From Chiloscyllium plagiosum (Eukaryota): 64,000 bases of DNA. Below the pieces are notes generated by a model, which made no database searches, was not told where the DNA came from, and was given only the letters and a program-made list of their open reading frames with translations. Where the stretch lies: NCBI RefSeq assembly GCF_004010195.1, contig NC_057736.1, positions 25,007,685-25,071,684 of the forward strand, given 5' to 3'. This document shows positions 1 through 12,732 of the stretch, piece after piece; within the stretch, counting starts at the first letter, position 1, and each line of letters starts with the position of its first letter. The translations under genes were made by a program, and so were the position numbers.

Positions 1-398
1 TCTTTCCTGTCTGACAGGTACATACATATCAAGGACACGTTGTATCTGTTCCTTGAAAAAGTTCCACATTTCCACGACATCCTTCCCTGACAGCCTCTGC
101 TCCCAACTTATGCTCCTCAGATCCTGTCTTACAGCATCGTAATTACCCTTCCCCCAATTGTAAAACCTACCCTGTTGCACGCACCTATCTCTCTCCATAA
201 CCAAGGTGAAAGTCACAGAATTGTGGTCACCATCATCAAAATGCTCACCCACTAACAAGCCCATCACTTGTCCCGGTTCATTACCAAATACCAAATCCAA
301 TATGGCCTCTCCTCTGGTCGGACAATCTACATACTGAGTTAGAAAAGCTTCATGGACACACTGCACAAACACCACCCCGTCCAATCTACTTGATCTAT
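1..398 (-). mobile_element. CR1-like LINE ORF2 fragment (endonuclease region)
   Basis: Reverse strand reads ...CVHEAFLTQYVDCPTRGEAILDLVFGNEPGQV..., the PTR-x-A-ILDL motif of CR1-clade APE endonuclease. Truncated by the window start. Confidence 0.8.
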
Positions 399-3022
399 AA
401 CTGTACATGCACCAATCACCTTTGGATTCAATGGATTAACTATTTCAGCTTAATATCATCCTTTTAAGATGCCCCAAAATCTGATTTGCTTTATTGATCA
501 AAAATAAGCTTGCAATAGCTTCAATTTACCCAAGTTTCTGGACGTCTTCCGTGTGTTACATTGTTTCTATCTATTTGAGAAACACTTCCTACATATTTTT
601 ATTCTATGTGAAAGATTCTGTATTTCTCCTCATAGGAGGCAAATGCAATTTAATTTGACTGATTTCGAAGCATATTCTCATATTTATGTAACTTTTTCTG
701 TTCAGCATTGCAGTCTATCATCATCATGAGCTTTGAATCTGCTGCAAACTGAGCCATTTTGCTCAAGCCAGATCGTTCATCGATGAAGTTGCAAACAAGA
801 TCACCACCAGCCCAGCCCACGCCACCATACTTCTCCCTCCATCCCACCCCTTCTAACCTTCTGTCAAAGAAAATTTAAAACCTCTACATTTACAACCCTC
901 TGGATTCTATTGGTCAACTATATATCATTAAAAACATTTTGACTTATGTCTTTAATTCTTGCCTTTCTGGTTGAATTCTATGAAAGGTGTTCTTTAAATC
1001 CAAATACACTATTCCTACTGCCTTGCTCCTAACAAACTTTATCGCACATCGAAATGCAGATTCTCTAGCTAAAATGGACATGGTCTATTGTTCAGTTTGA
1101 ATTCAGATGCTCCATGATTTTATCTTGTAAAGATTTAGCTTCACAACACTGGAGGACAAATTCATGGTCCACTGCCACTCATACTTCAAAAACAAAAGTA
1201 ACATTTATCTTCTCAGTGCCCACTTGAACTGATAAAACTTTTATCATAGAGGAATTCAAATGCACCTTATCTGGCTGCAAGTTCATCTATCTAAAATATT
1301 CATAGCTGTTCAGCAACCCAGTATGCAAAACTTACCTTTATAATCTCCCAGTTTCCTTCCAGCTCCTCTTCTTAAAAAAAACTCTTTTGCCCCCACAAAA
1401 ATGAGTTTTTGCACACAAAGCATGAGCATTCTGGCAAATCAGCACAGACATTGTGCACTCCTGAATTAAAGTTCTTTACCTCACTTTCTGCACAAGGTTG
1501 CAAGTTTTTTTTGTTCTTTAGGAATGGCATGGTGCACCACGGAAGGCCATCATATCTCAAGTTTAAATCCATGAGATTTTGGTTCTTCAATTTAGGACTC
1601 AACCAATAATAACCAAAACCAATTAATCTAAACTTAAATAAGACAGATCCAAAATACAAGATTATGCGCAACTAAATTTATCTGAATTTTCAGACAGTTC
1701 CAAGCACTACAGCTTTCTGTACCGCACCAAGTCAATACTTCTGATCTAATTGCCAATTTGCACAATCATAGACTTACTCCAACACCTATCAAAAACTGGT
1801 TTCAGACTGCCTAAACTGTCTCTCCGGCTGCACGAATTACCTGAGCAAAATTAAACACAACATCCTGTTCAACAAGTCCGATGGTTGATACATAAGCCTC
1901 CTTTTTTGTTGGAAAAGATCAGAATGTCAATTTGAATGTTAATGCATTGCCAAATAGAAAAATTTTGAAACAACACCTCTTTAAAGTTTAGGTTGGGCCT
2001 TCTATGCTGCATAAATGTTTACTCTGACAGCGAATTATTCCAATTAACTTTCATGTTTGATGCAGATGGTGAGATAAACACTAGAAGCTAACCAGATGGA
2101 GTGGGAACATAGTTAGCAAACATAGGAAGGAGTTACGCAAGATCTGATGCATAAAGAACAACAGCAATCAATTACAGAGATTTGGACAGAGATTTGGATA
2201 GATTGACGTTTTTTCCATCCAAACACAGAATACTGTCTACTCTGCATCAATATCAAGGTCAAGTGTCGATCTGTACCACAAGTAGCAACATAAAGACATA
2301 TTTTCAAAATTTATCATAGGTATGCAAAAGGAGGGAAGAATACTATTCCCAACCATCAACATGGTAATAGGCTAATCCAAAAATTACCAGATTTACTGAG
2401 TTCAATTTTAAAGTTACCACAGTGGCGTTTGAAGTCGACTTCTAGTGTCAGGTTCAGTATTTCAACTACTATACTATAGTAATAGAGAGGAGCTTTGTTT
2501 TGAATTTACCGTAAGTATTCTTCAGCAAGGTTAAATTGTTGGTGATGGCTAAAATTAAAACATCTTTTGTTTCACTTTGACAGGTTCAAAATACATATAG
2601 CCAAGGAGATTTGCATTTGTTATTGCTGGAAAATGTGGAAAATGCAACTTTTATGCTTCTCAATTAATTTACATTTTTTTTAAAACTTAAAACAACTGTG
2701 AGTGAAAAGGAAATTAGCTCAGTAATTTCTTAATGTCATGATTAGTTATGCTGGGTGGTCAACCGAAGTCAGTTAATGTAATTCTATCTAATGCTATTTT
2801 GATTTTTGCCACGTCAGCAGATTCAAACAACACCCAACATTTGTTTTGTGCCGTGTTTTTGGCACAAAGGCTTATGAGCTTGAAAACAATATACAGATTT
2901 TCATCACACAACAGCTACCTTCTCCAACTACAGTTTTTTTTCATTGCAACAAACTTTCGCTCATGTTCCTTTTGGGTTTGGGACCAGGGACATGTCAGAA
3001 TCTTTGTTGTTGGATTGAGATT

Positions 3023-3073
3023 GGGGCGGTTTTGGGGGGGGTGGGGTGGGGGGGGGGGGGGGGGGGGGGGGGG
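3023..3073 (+). repeat. G-rich low-complexity tract with a 26-G homopolymer (3048-3073)
   Basis: Directly visible. It explains the poly-Gly and poly-Pro ORFs in the ORF track. Confidence 0.95.
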
Positions 3074-4999
3074 AGAAAGAGTTTGGATGATTTATAACAG
3101 GCAAATGTTTTACCTGGGAATCCATAGAATCTTTGGTAATATACAATCATTTTATCTTAACTTCCTAAGCAAGAACACTCAAAAAGTTTAACACTAACAG
3201 AAAATTATTTAATTATTGAATTTTAAAAAGTCAGCAAGAATGAAAATACAGCATCTTAAAACCAAAATATAGTCGTCATAAATAAATTACTGTGACCCTT
3301 GATTTGGAAGTATCCGGAGTTAAAAATGTTTCGCAACATAATGGATTTTGCTGAGGTTATTTGGAGATCTGGGCTAGGAATCCAAAACATCTCAATCTAC
3401 ACAGAAGTTCCTTTGTTTCTAATATGTTCAAAGTCTTAGAGATCAATTTTCCTTCAGTAATTCTACGTAACTAGCTATAGAATGAGGAGATCAGTGGTAA
3501 CAAATGGACTAGAAACACACTAACTCTGTACCTTATCAATTATTTAAATTAGAGTCCAGTTCACTGACTGACTAGTCAGTTCCCCCTCTCAACCCTTTCA
3601 AACACTGCCTCATGATGGAACGTTATAGTGAAAGGGGGGAAATTCAAGATCGACAGGTTTAACGTTATGAAACAAAACAGGAGATAGGAAACTCCAGCAG
3701 GGAAGAGTTATCCCTCCTGGACCTTGTTACATCCTTCTTGCTCATACCACTCTCCTCTAAAACTTTTGCTATCCTGCTTTCCCAAGCCTTCCAGTCACCA
3801 ATTTCCTCCCCAACATTCCTGCTCACTGCTTGTTATTTGGCCCTCCTGCTTGATGTTATCTCGTCTGTTCACCACTTTCCTCTCACCAACTCTGTCCGTG
3901 AGAGGACTGTCAAGAAAGGGGCCAGGCAGCAAAATGGCAAGGAAGGGAAGCAAGCTAAAAGGTTGGAAAGCAGGACAAGTAGAACATCGAATTCAAGAAA
4001 GATAAATGCTGACATATTTTCAAGCTCCAGGAACTGACGTGAATTTCAACACTTAACTCTACCTGACTGATCCTCTCAGGCTCGACTCTGAGACATTCCT
4101 TGAGACAAGACATGAGTAGACATCAGTTCTTCATTTTTGGACTAGAATGGAAATATATTTCAGTGCACCATCACATAGTGTATAACTGTGATTAAGTGGC
4201 TCCAGAATGATGGATTGCTAGTCGATATAAGACTACTCAGCCAATTTTGTCAAAGATACTAGGATAGGCAGAATTATAAGTAGTTCTATTAAGCACATGA
4301 AATTACAAAAGGTGACATTGATAGATCCAAGATTGTGGTATTTAAGTTGCTTGTAATCTGTCCAATTTAAGCAAATGAGAGGCCATCCACTTTGGACCAA
4401 AAGTAGGTAGAACTGGGCACTTCATAAATGGCAAAGCTTCAAGTTTTAATTTGTTTGCAAAAATTATTTTTTCAAAACCAACAGATTTGTTTTGATGCTG
4501 CTGCTAGATGTGCAAGATCTGGGTGTGTAAAACAAAACAGCTGCATTGACACAACAGGACATCAATAAACAGTCCGAAGTTTGAGGTCTTGACTTATCAG
4601 CGGTGGCCAACCTTTCTATGGTTTGCATGGCAGATGAAGCTTTTCCTCAACATTAAAAAAAAGTATGCTCTCCTCAATGAACGGAGCCTTGGTCTGCAAT
4701 TTTTACATGCCCTCTTTCAAGGGAATTTGTACATCTGTCAGGAAATCTGTAAATCACAGCTCTCTAGAGAACACACTATTCCAGATATTCAGAGGTAAAT
4801 CTTACATTTACCATTACTTGGATGCCCAGCTCTTTATTCAGAATTTCAGCAATTACAATTAAATTCAGATAATTATTTTGGAATAAAACACTGAAGCGCA
4901 CAAGCTTCAAACCAGGTCACTTTTCCGCTCCTGATCCCTCAAGATTCAAACAGAAATTAAGTTTCACCTGTTTCCCACATGGTCAACAATGAAGTTAGT

Positions 5000-6290
5000 G
5001 ACCAGGGATATGGGCTAAGTGCTGGCAAGTGGGTCTAGATTAATTCAGGGTATCTGGATGGCATGAACAAGTTGGACAAAAGGGTCTGTTTCTGTGCTGT
5101 ACATCTCAATGACTCTATGACTGACATATGCTGTTGAAACGTTGGAGCACATATGCGTACTGTACTTTAATTCCCAGAAAGTATTTAATAAAGTGCCACA
5201 TAGAAAGTTAGAGCAAAATGGAAGCACATGCTCTGGGGATCTAGCAAAGGAGGACCAAGAAACTGATAAGGACGGGGAATACAACTTAGAAGGAACATAA
5301 AGGTGGACTGTATCTGCTTCTGCCAATCTCTGAAAAGAAAAACATAATGTGTGCCCAATACAGGTGTAAAGATGAGAATTTATAGTGGAAAACAGGCAAA
5401 TGGCAAATAACTTGAACAGTTACTGTGTGTCTAGTATCAATGAAGATACAGAAACACTGTGTGACTAAGGGACTTTTGTGACTGAGTAGCTAAAATAAAT
5501 TAGTATTCGTGAAGTGGAGGTATTTTAAAAATTAGCTGGATTGAGGGGACCAGTTGAGTTTCATTCTGGAGAGAGTTGAAGTAGTAGCAAAAAAAAAGTG
5601 GTTACACAGGTGGTTATCTTTCAAACTTTAAAGATTCTTGTTGACAGAGAAGATAGTGAATGTTACCCCAATGCAGACCTGTTGGTTTGACATACACAGT
5701 AGGGAGAATATTAGAATCTATGACAAGCATGTTGTCACTGAATCTTTGGAAAAGAATGGCAAAATTGGGAACTCATCATGGATTTATGAAAGGGAAGTCA
5801 CATTTAACAAACATGGGATGTTTTGTAACGATGGTTCTTGTTACACAGATGAAGGAGATCCTGTGAATGTGGTGTGTGGGGATCTTCAGAATAATCTTGG
5901 AAACAGTCCCATGCAGGAGGTTTGTAAATCACAATAAGTGCATGGGATCGGGCAAAGGGGAAGAACATAATAGCATGGATAGAAATTTGGTTAATAGCTA
6001 TAGAAACAAAGAGTAGGAGTCAATTGATCAATCTCAGGATGGCAACTGTTCCTTGTGTGATACTGCAAAGTTCAGTGCTGGGTTCAAACTGCTCACAATC
6101 TACATAGAAATTTGGATGTGGGGACCAATTGTAATATTTCCAATTTTGTTGGTGATACCTAAGTGGGTGGGAACACAAGTTGTCAAGTGATACAAGGAGG
6201 CTTGAAGAGAGTTTGGATAGGTTGCATGAATGGGCTAGGACATGGTTGATGGAATCCAAGTGTAATTAAATGGGAGGTTAGTCACTTTGT
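5000..6290 (+). mobile_element. Decayed CR1-like LINE fragments (3' tail at ~5000-5120 plus degenerate RT region)
   Basis: The tail sequence matches other CR1 tails in the window (13290, 43850). Degenerate RT-like codons with stops and frameshifts. Boundaries approximate. Confidence 0.6.
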
Positions 6291-6713
6291 GCTCTTCTGG
6301 GTTGTCCACTCTGATCAATTAGCTTGCCAACACTCCACCTAGGTTTACAAATAAAGAACTGCCACTTAGCTGAAGCAGTCAGAAGGGAGACAATGCTTTT
6401 CAAATGTACTTCAGTGTAAAGACAGTGTGTTTAGAAGAAGACAGAAGAATAGCAGAGGAAAGAAAGCACTAAAAAGGTACAATATGGTAGCTGATATTTG
6501 GATTGTTGAAACAGCATGAAATTGTGTTGTTTAAAGAAAAACGTAAAGGAACAAGATCATGTATGAGATTAAGGTAGAATGATTCAGTTCTTGGACTGGA
6601 CAGCATCTGGGTGACGTGCAATGAGGGATACAGTCTGGATATTTTGATGACTGCTCCACAAATTGCTAACATGTAGCGTGGGTGAATGGCTTGTGGAAAG
6701 TGACAGTAATGTG

Positions 6714-7030
6714 AATTAGATTAGATTCCTTACAGTGTGGAAACAGGCCCTTCAGCCCAACAAGTCCACACCGACCCTCCGAAGAGTAACCCACCCAGAC
6801 CCATTTCCCTCTGACTATTGCACCTAACACCATGGGTAATTTAGCATGGCCAACCCATCTGACCTGCACATCTTTGGACTGTGGGAGGAAACCAGAGCAC
6901 CCGGTGGAAACCCATGCAGACACAGGGAGAATGTGCAAACTCCACACAGACAGTTGTCAGAGGCTGGAATCGAACATGGGACCCTGGTGCTGTGAGGCAG
7001 CAGTGCTAACCACTGAGCCACCGTGTGCCC
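6714..7030 (-). mobile_element. tRNA-derived V-SINE (HE1-like)
   Basis: Minus strand has box A TGGCTCAGTGG, box B GTTCGATTCC, the V-domain TGTGTGGAGTTTGCACATTCTCC..., a CR1-like 3' end and a (TCTAA)n tail. Confidence 0.85.
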
Positions 7031-7479
7031 TAGTGAGGGCAGAGTTCCTACTGACGTAATGTTTAAAAAAATTTACAAATGAAGAACTGCACCAAAAAAA
7101 AAAGAGAAATTATACAACCATGAATACAGATCAGGCACTTAATGTGGCGCAGTCATCTGTCAATTCCAACAGGTGAACAACCCAATAATTTTTTCTGACA
7201 GATCTTCTCCTGGCTACTCCTTCAGGTGCATTCGAATTCCTGTTTTTACATAATATGTTTGCAAGTTTCAGATTAACTAGCATAGACTTACCAAGCACGT
7301 TAACTAGCAGGACATATTTCATCAGAGATCATTCAGATTGTCCAGCACACGTCTCATTTTAACACAGTAACATTCCCACCTTGGTGACAGAAGTATATGA
7401 GACTGTTCACAGCTCAATGCAGTACAGAGGAATGTGACATGATGTTAATGACATACAACTGGAGTTCCTGGTACCCTGG

Positions 7480-7800
7480 TCATGTGGAGATGAAAGGCCT
7501 CATAGATCTGAGGAAACTTCCTGTAAACAACTGAGTGGCTTGGCTGGACCATTTTAGGAGGACAGCAAAGGGCCACCATATCACTGTGGTTCTGGAGTCC
7601 AAGGCCAAAAGTGTAGAATTCCTTTGCTCGTGGAAGACAAACCAGATGGGTTCGACAACAAAACTCAAGTTTCACTGCAGATTTAATTAGTTAATTGAAT
7701 TCAATTCCCCAGTTGCATGGTGGGATCTGAACTCATGCTCTTCGATCATTTGTTCAGTCCATGGATTAATAAGACAATAGCATAATCACTATGCTGCCAT
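7480..7800 (-). mobile_element. Old tRNA-derived SINE (SacSINE1/Deu-SINE-like), degenerate
   Basis: Minus strand has a tRNA-like head (...GAGTTCAGATCCCACCATG). Similar to the copies at 23050 and 51060. Confidence 0.45.
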
Positions 7801-8049
7801 ATCCTATAATATAAACCTGCACAGTCGCATCTCAAATTTATGGCAGTAATATAGTTTCAAAGTCAACGAAAATTCCTTCTTCCCTGCCGGTCCTGAAAGA
7901 TGGAAGGTATCATATAAATAAACCAAAAACAGGTGTCTATATGTTGCATCTTGCAGTATTTACCGTAAATGGTCACAAAGAAGCAGATAATAAGAGCAGA
8001 AATAGGCCATTTGGCCCTTTCAGCCTCCTCTACCATTCAACATGATCAT

Positions 8050-10830
8050 AGGATGATTGCATTATAAAGGAAGAAGGTAAATGAGCTTGTTGCGCAGATC
8101 GAAATTGGCAGGTGAGACATGGTGGGCATTACATCAATAGTAGTCAATAGTAAGAAATTAAATAGGGTCAGATAGTGTATAATCTGTGTGGGTAGAATTG
8201 AGGAACTGCAAAGGTTTTAAAAAAAAACATAGCTGGAGTTAAGTACAGGCCTCCAAAGAGTGGTCAGGAGCTGGGGCGCAAGATACACCAAGAGATAGAA
8301 AAGGTATGTAGGAAAGGCAAAGTTACAGTGATCATTGGGATTTCAATATGCAGGTGGACTGGGAAAATCAGGTTGGTAGTGGATTGCAAGAAAAGGAATT
8401 TGTGGAATATCTATGAGGTGGCTTTTTGGAACAGCTTGTGGAGGAGCCGACTAGGGAACAGGCAATACCGAATTTAGTGGTGTGCAATGAAACAGACTTG
8501 ATAAGGGAGCTTAAGGTGAAGGAGCCTTTAGGAGGTAGTGATCATAATATGATTGAATTTACCCTGCAATTTGAAAGCAATAAGGTAGAATCAGAGGCAA
8601 CGGTATTACACCTGAATAAAGGCAACTACAGATGCATGAGGAAGGAGATGGGTAGAATTGACTGGCAAAGGAGCCTAGCAGAAAAGACAGTGGCACAGCA
8701 ATGGCAGGAGTTTCTGGGAGTAATTTAGGAGACATAGCAGAGATTCATGCTGAGGAAAAAGAAGCATGGTAGAGGAAGGATGAGGCAACCCTGGCTGACT
8801 AGGGAAGTTGAGGATAGCATAAGAGCAAAAGAGATAGCATATAATGTGGCAATGGACAGTAGGAAACCAGAGGGTTGGGAAGCTTACAAAGAGCAAATGA
8901 GGGCAACAAAAAAAAAGTAGTAAGGAGGGAGAAGATTAAATATGAGGGTAAGCTAACCAGTAACATAAAAGGAAGACTATAAGATTTTTCAGACATATAA
9001 AGTGCAAAAGAGAGGGAAAAGTGGATATTGGGCTGCTGAAAAATGACGCTGTCGAGATAGCTGTTGGGAACAAGGAAATGGCTGAGGAACTGAATCATTA
9101 CTTCACATCAATCTTCACGGTGGAAAACATGAGTACTATCCCAAAAATTCAATCACCAGAGAGAAGGTGTTAGAAAAACTGAAAGCTCTGAAAATGGTAA
9201 GTCACCTGGATCAGATGGACTGCATTCTAGACTTCAAAGGGAGACAGCTGAACAGACAGTGGAGTTAATGGTGATCTTTCAAGAGAGTCCCAGAGGACTG
9301 GAAAATTATTAACGTGACACCCCTGTTTAAAAAGGCATTATGGCTGAAGATGGAAAATTACAGACCGATTAGCCAAACCCTGTGGGTAAGATCCTGGAAT
9401 CCATTGTGAAGGATGAGATTTCTGCATACTTGGGAAGTGTCTGATAAAATAGGGCAAAGTCAGCATGGTTTCATCAAGGGGAGGTCAAGCCTGATAAATC
9501 TGTTAGAATCCTTTGTGGAAATAATGTGCAGGTTGGACCAATGAGAGCCAATGGATGATGTTATCTACCTGGACTTCAAGGCGGCTTTTGACAAGGTTAT
9601 ACACAGGAGGCTACTGAATAAGATAAGGCCCCATGGTGTTAGAGGCAAGATGCTAGCATAGACAGAAGCTTGGCTGTCTGGCAGAAAGCAGAGAGTGGGG
9701 ATAAAAAGATCATTGAGGAGAAAGTGAGGTCTGCAGATGCTGGAGATTAGAGCTGGAAATGTGCTGCTGGAAAAGCGCAGCAGGTCAGGCAGCATCCAGG
9801 GAACAGGAGAATCGACGTTTCGGGCATAAGCCCTTCTTCAGGAAAGATCATTCTCAGGATGGCAGCCAGGGACAATTGGTGTTCTGCAAGACTCTGGGTT
9901 GGGATCACAGCTTTTCACTTTATACGTTAACAATCTAAATGAAGGAATTGAGGGGATTCTGGCTTGCAGATGATACAAAGATAGGTAGAGGGACAGATAG
10001 CATTGAGGAGGCGGGGAGGCTGCAGAAGGATTTGGACAGATTAGGAGACTGGGCAACAAAGTGGCCGATGAAGAACAATGTGGGTAAGTGTGAGGTCATA
10101 CACTTTGGTCGGGAGAAAATAGTCAACGTGGCGATTCTAAATGGGAAGAAAATTCAGAAGTCAGAAGTGCAAAGAGACTTGGGAGTTCTAGTCCAGGATT
10201 CTCTCAAGGTAAACTTGCAGGTTGAGTCAGTAGTTAGGAAGGCAAATGCAATGATGGCACTTATTTTGAGAGTACTTGAATGTAAAAGCAGGGATGTACT
10301 TTCGAGGCTCGAATCAGAAGGAAGGATGTACTGGCCCTGGAATGTGTTCAGAGGTGACTCACGAGAATGGTCCCAGGAATGAAAAGCTGAACATATGAGG
10401 GACATTTGAGGACTGTGGGTTTATACTCGAGGGGATTTAGAAGGATGAGGGAGGATTTAATTGAAACATACAGAATACTGAATAGCCTGGATGGATTAGA
10501 TGTTGGGAAGATGTTTTCATTGATAGGAGAGACTAGAACCTGAAGGCACAGCCTTCGAGTAAATGGAAAACCTTTTAGAACAGAAATAAGGAAAAGCTTC
10601 TTCAGTCAGCATGGTGAATAATAGAATTCAGTGCCACAGAAGGCTGTGAAGGCCAGGTCATTCAGTATAGTTAAGACTGAGGTAGATAGGTTCTTGAATA
10701 TCAAGGGGAACAATGGTTACAGAGACAAAGCAGGAGAATGGAGTTATGAAACTGATCAGCCATGACTGAATGCTGGAGCTGACGTGATGGGCAGAATGGC
10801 CTAATTTCTGCTCCTATGTCCTACAGTCAT
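8050..10830 (+). mobile_element. CR1-like LINE, most of ORF2 (EN+RT) plus 3' UTR, degenerate
   Basis: ORFs 8426-8728 (EEPTREQAIPNL...GGSDHNMIEF, endonuclease) and 9939-10382 (LADDTK RT motif, KCEVIHFG, QRDLGV). Many stops and frameshifts. Confidence 0.9.
9715..9842 (-). mobile_element. Short non-autonomous Penelope-type element (family 1) with hammerhead core, nested in the LINE
   Basis: 10-bp TSD AAAGATCATT (9705-9714 / 9843-9852). Minus strand begins CCTGAAGAAGGGCTTATGCCCGAAACGTC. Confidence 0.8.
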
Positions 10831-10909
10831 ATAGCCAATCAATCATTCAACTCAGTTCCCTGTTCAAGCTTTCTCCCCATGCTCTTTGATCCCTTTGGCC
10901 CCAAAAACT

Positions 10910-11220
10910 ATGTGGGAGAGCTCACAGCATAGGAACAGATAAGTGCATAGTTTTAAAGTCTTGCTGTAAATCTACAATAGTGAGCAGAGTGGGTTCTTTC
11001 TTGATTATTTGTTTTATTGAGATCTGTCTCTTGATTAAATTTTAAAAATATAAGCCATAAGTATTAAGTTAGCCTGGAGCAGTCTTTTTTTTAAAACAAC
11101 AATAAGACAATGCTATTTTCTGGATCTGTAGGTTGTGAAGGAGCAAAAGTGGCCTTTTGTAGAGTGATGTGCTCTTCCTGTCAGAGTTTAGAGACAGTTT
11201 TCATGTCACTGATTATTATG
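10910..11220 (+). mobile_element. 5' end fragment of a CR1-like LINE
   Basis: Similar to the reverse complement of ~39950-40290, the 5' part of the long LINE in NCDN intron 5. Confidence 0.6.
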
Positions 11221-11701
11221 TCTCTCTCTCTCTCCCTCTCTTCCCCTCATATGCGCACGCGCACACATCTCAGTCTATGGGGTGAATTTGCATTTGCAGA
11301 ATCATATTTGCAGACACATTCTATTTGTGCTCTAAAAAGCACACAACCTGCAGGCAGTCAATCCATATAACATTTTATAAATTCCTACTTTGGAAATAGA
11401 ACCTGTCTGGTTCAAGACAGACTCTAATTTCATATCTTTAATGCATTGCCTGAGCTGAGATGTCACTCTTTAAATAAAACCTTAAAATTACCTCGAGTGT
11501 GTGACTTGAAAGTAGTTGTGGCTTTACATATTACTGAACAGAAACCTGCAACCCATTCTACAAGATGAAAGACTTAATAGCAATCTAGGTTTGTTCAATA
11601 TATCGTTTTAACTGCGTAACAGGTGATCAAAGTTTGTGAGAAGATTTGTAGCTCGGGTGCTTGTTGCTGTGGTTCTGTTCGCCGAGCTGGAAGTTTTTGT
11701 T

Positions 11702-11741
11702 GCAAACGTTTCGTCCCCTGTCTAGGTGACATCCTCAGTGC
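11702..11741 (-). ncRNA. Minimal hammerhead ribozyme motif (Penelope pLTR)
   Basis: Minus strand: GCA CUGAGGA U GUC A CCU AGAC AGG G GAC GAAA CG UU UGC. Core intact, helix II and 3-bp helix I pair. Confidence 0.75.
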
Positions 11742-12004
11742 TTGGGAGCTTCCCGTGAAGCGCTTCTGAGGTGTTTCCTCCGGCATTTATAGTGGCCTGT
11801 CCCTGCCGCTTCCGGTTGTCAGTTTCAGCTGTCCGCTGTAGTGGCCGGTATATTGGGTCCAGGTCGATGTGTTTGTTGATGGAGTTTGTGGATGAGTGCC
11901 AAGCTTCTAGGAATTCCCTGGCTGTTCTTTGTTTCGCTTGCCCTATAATGGTAGTGTTGTCCCAGAAACACCACAGAAGCGCTTCACAGGAGGATCCCAA
12001 GCAC

Positions 12005-12319
12005 NNNNNNNNNNNNNNNNNNNNNNNNNNNNNNNNNNNNNNNNNNNNNNNNNNNNNNNNNNNNNNNNNNNNNNNNNNNNNNNNNNNNNNNNNNNNNNNN
12101 NNNNNNNNNNNNNNNNNNNNNNNNNNNNNNNNNNNNNNNNNNNNNNNNNNNNNNNNNNNNNNNNNNNNNNNNNNNNNNNNNNNNNNNNNNNNNNNNNNNN
12201 NNNNNNNNNNNNNNNNNNNNNNNNNNNNNNNNNNNNNNNNNNNNNNNNNNNNNNNNNNNNNNNNNNNNNNNNNNNNNNNNNNNNNNNNNNNNNNNNNNNN
12301 NNNNNNNNNNNNNNNNNNN
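12005..12319. other. Assembly gap (315 N)
   Basis: Run of N. Confidence 1.
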
Positions 12320-12692
12320 ATCCCATGCAAGGTCTGCACAAAACACTATATAGGACAAACAGGAAGACAGCTAACAATCTGTATCCATGAACACCAACTA
12401 GCCATGAAACGACATGACCAGCTATCCCTAGTAGCCACACACGCAGACGACAAGCAACATGAATTTGACTGGGACAACATTACCATTATAGGGCAAGCCA
12501 AACAAAGAACAGCCAGGGAATTCCTAGAAGCATGGCACTCATCCACAAACTCCATCAACAAACACATCGACCTGGACCCAATATACCGGCCACTACAGCG
12601 GACAGCTGAAACTGACAACCGGAAGCGGCAGGGACAGGCCACTATAAATGCCGGAGGAAACACCACAGAAGCGCTTCACAGGAGGCTCCCAA

Positions 12693-12732
12693 GCACTGAG
12701 GATGTCACCTAGACAGGGGACGAAACGTTTGC
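12693..12732 (+). ncRNA. Minimal hammerhead ribozyme motif (Penelope pLTR), overlapping the ORF stop codon
   Basis: GCA CTGAGGA T GTCACCTAGACAGGGGAC GAAA CG TT TGC; identical to the minus-strand copy. Confidence 0.75.

Noticed and set aside
650-862. Minus-strand ORF with a plausible acceptor at ~861
   Set aside because: All frames stop quickly or resemble no known protein; no KIAA0319L MANEC/PKD similarity seen.
1336-1671. Minus-strand 99-aa ORF and strong donor AAG|GTAAGT at 1336/1335
   Set aside because: An in-frame TAA lies between the ORF and the donor, there is no recognisable homology and no clear acceptor. It could be a non-coding exon, but that is unsupported.
2748-3191. Poly-Gly and poly-Pro ORFs on both strands
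   Set aside because: Artefacts of the G homopolymer.
6960-7030. tRNA-like box A/B sequences
   Set aside because: These are SINE heads followed by a V-domain and LINE tail, not tRNA genes.
11722-12440. Long ORFs containing X runs
   Set aside because: They span the N gap; only the 12320-12712 GIY-YIG segment is meaningful.
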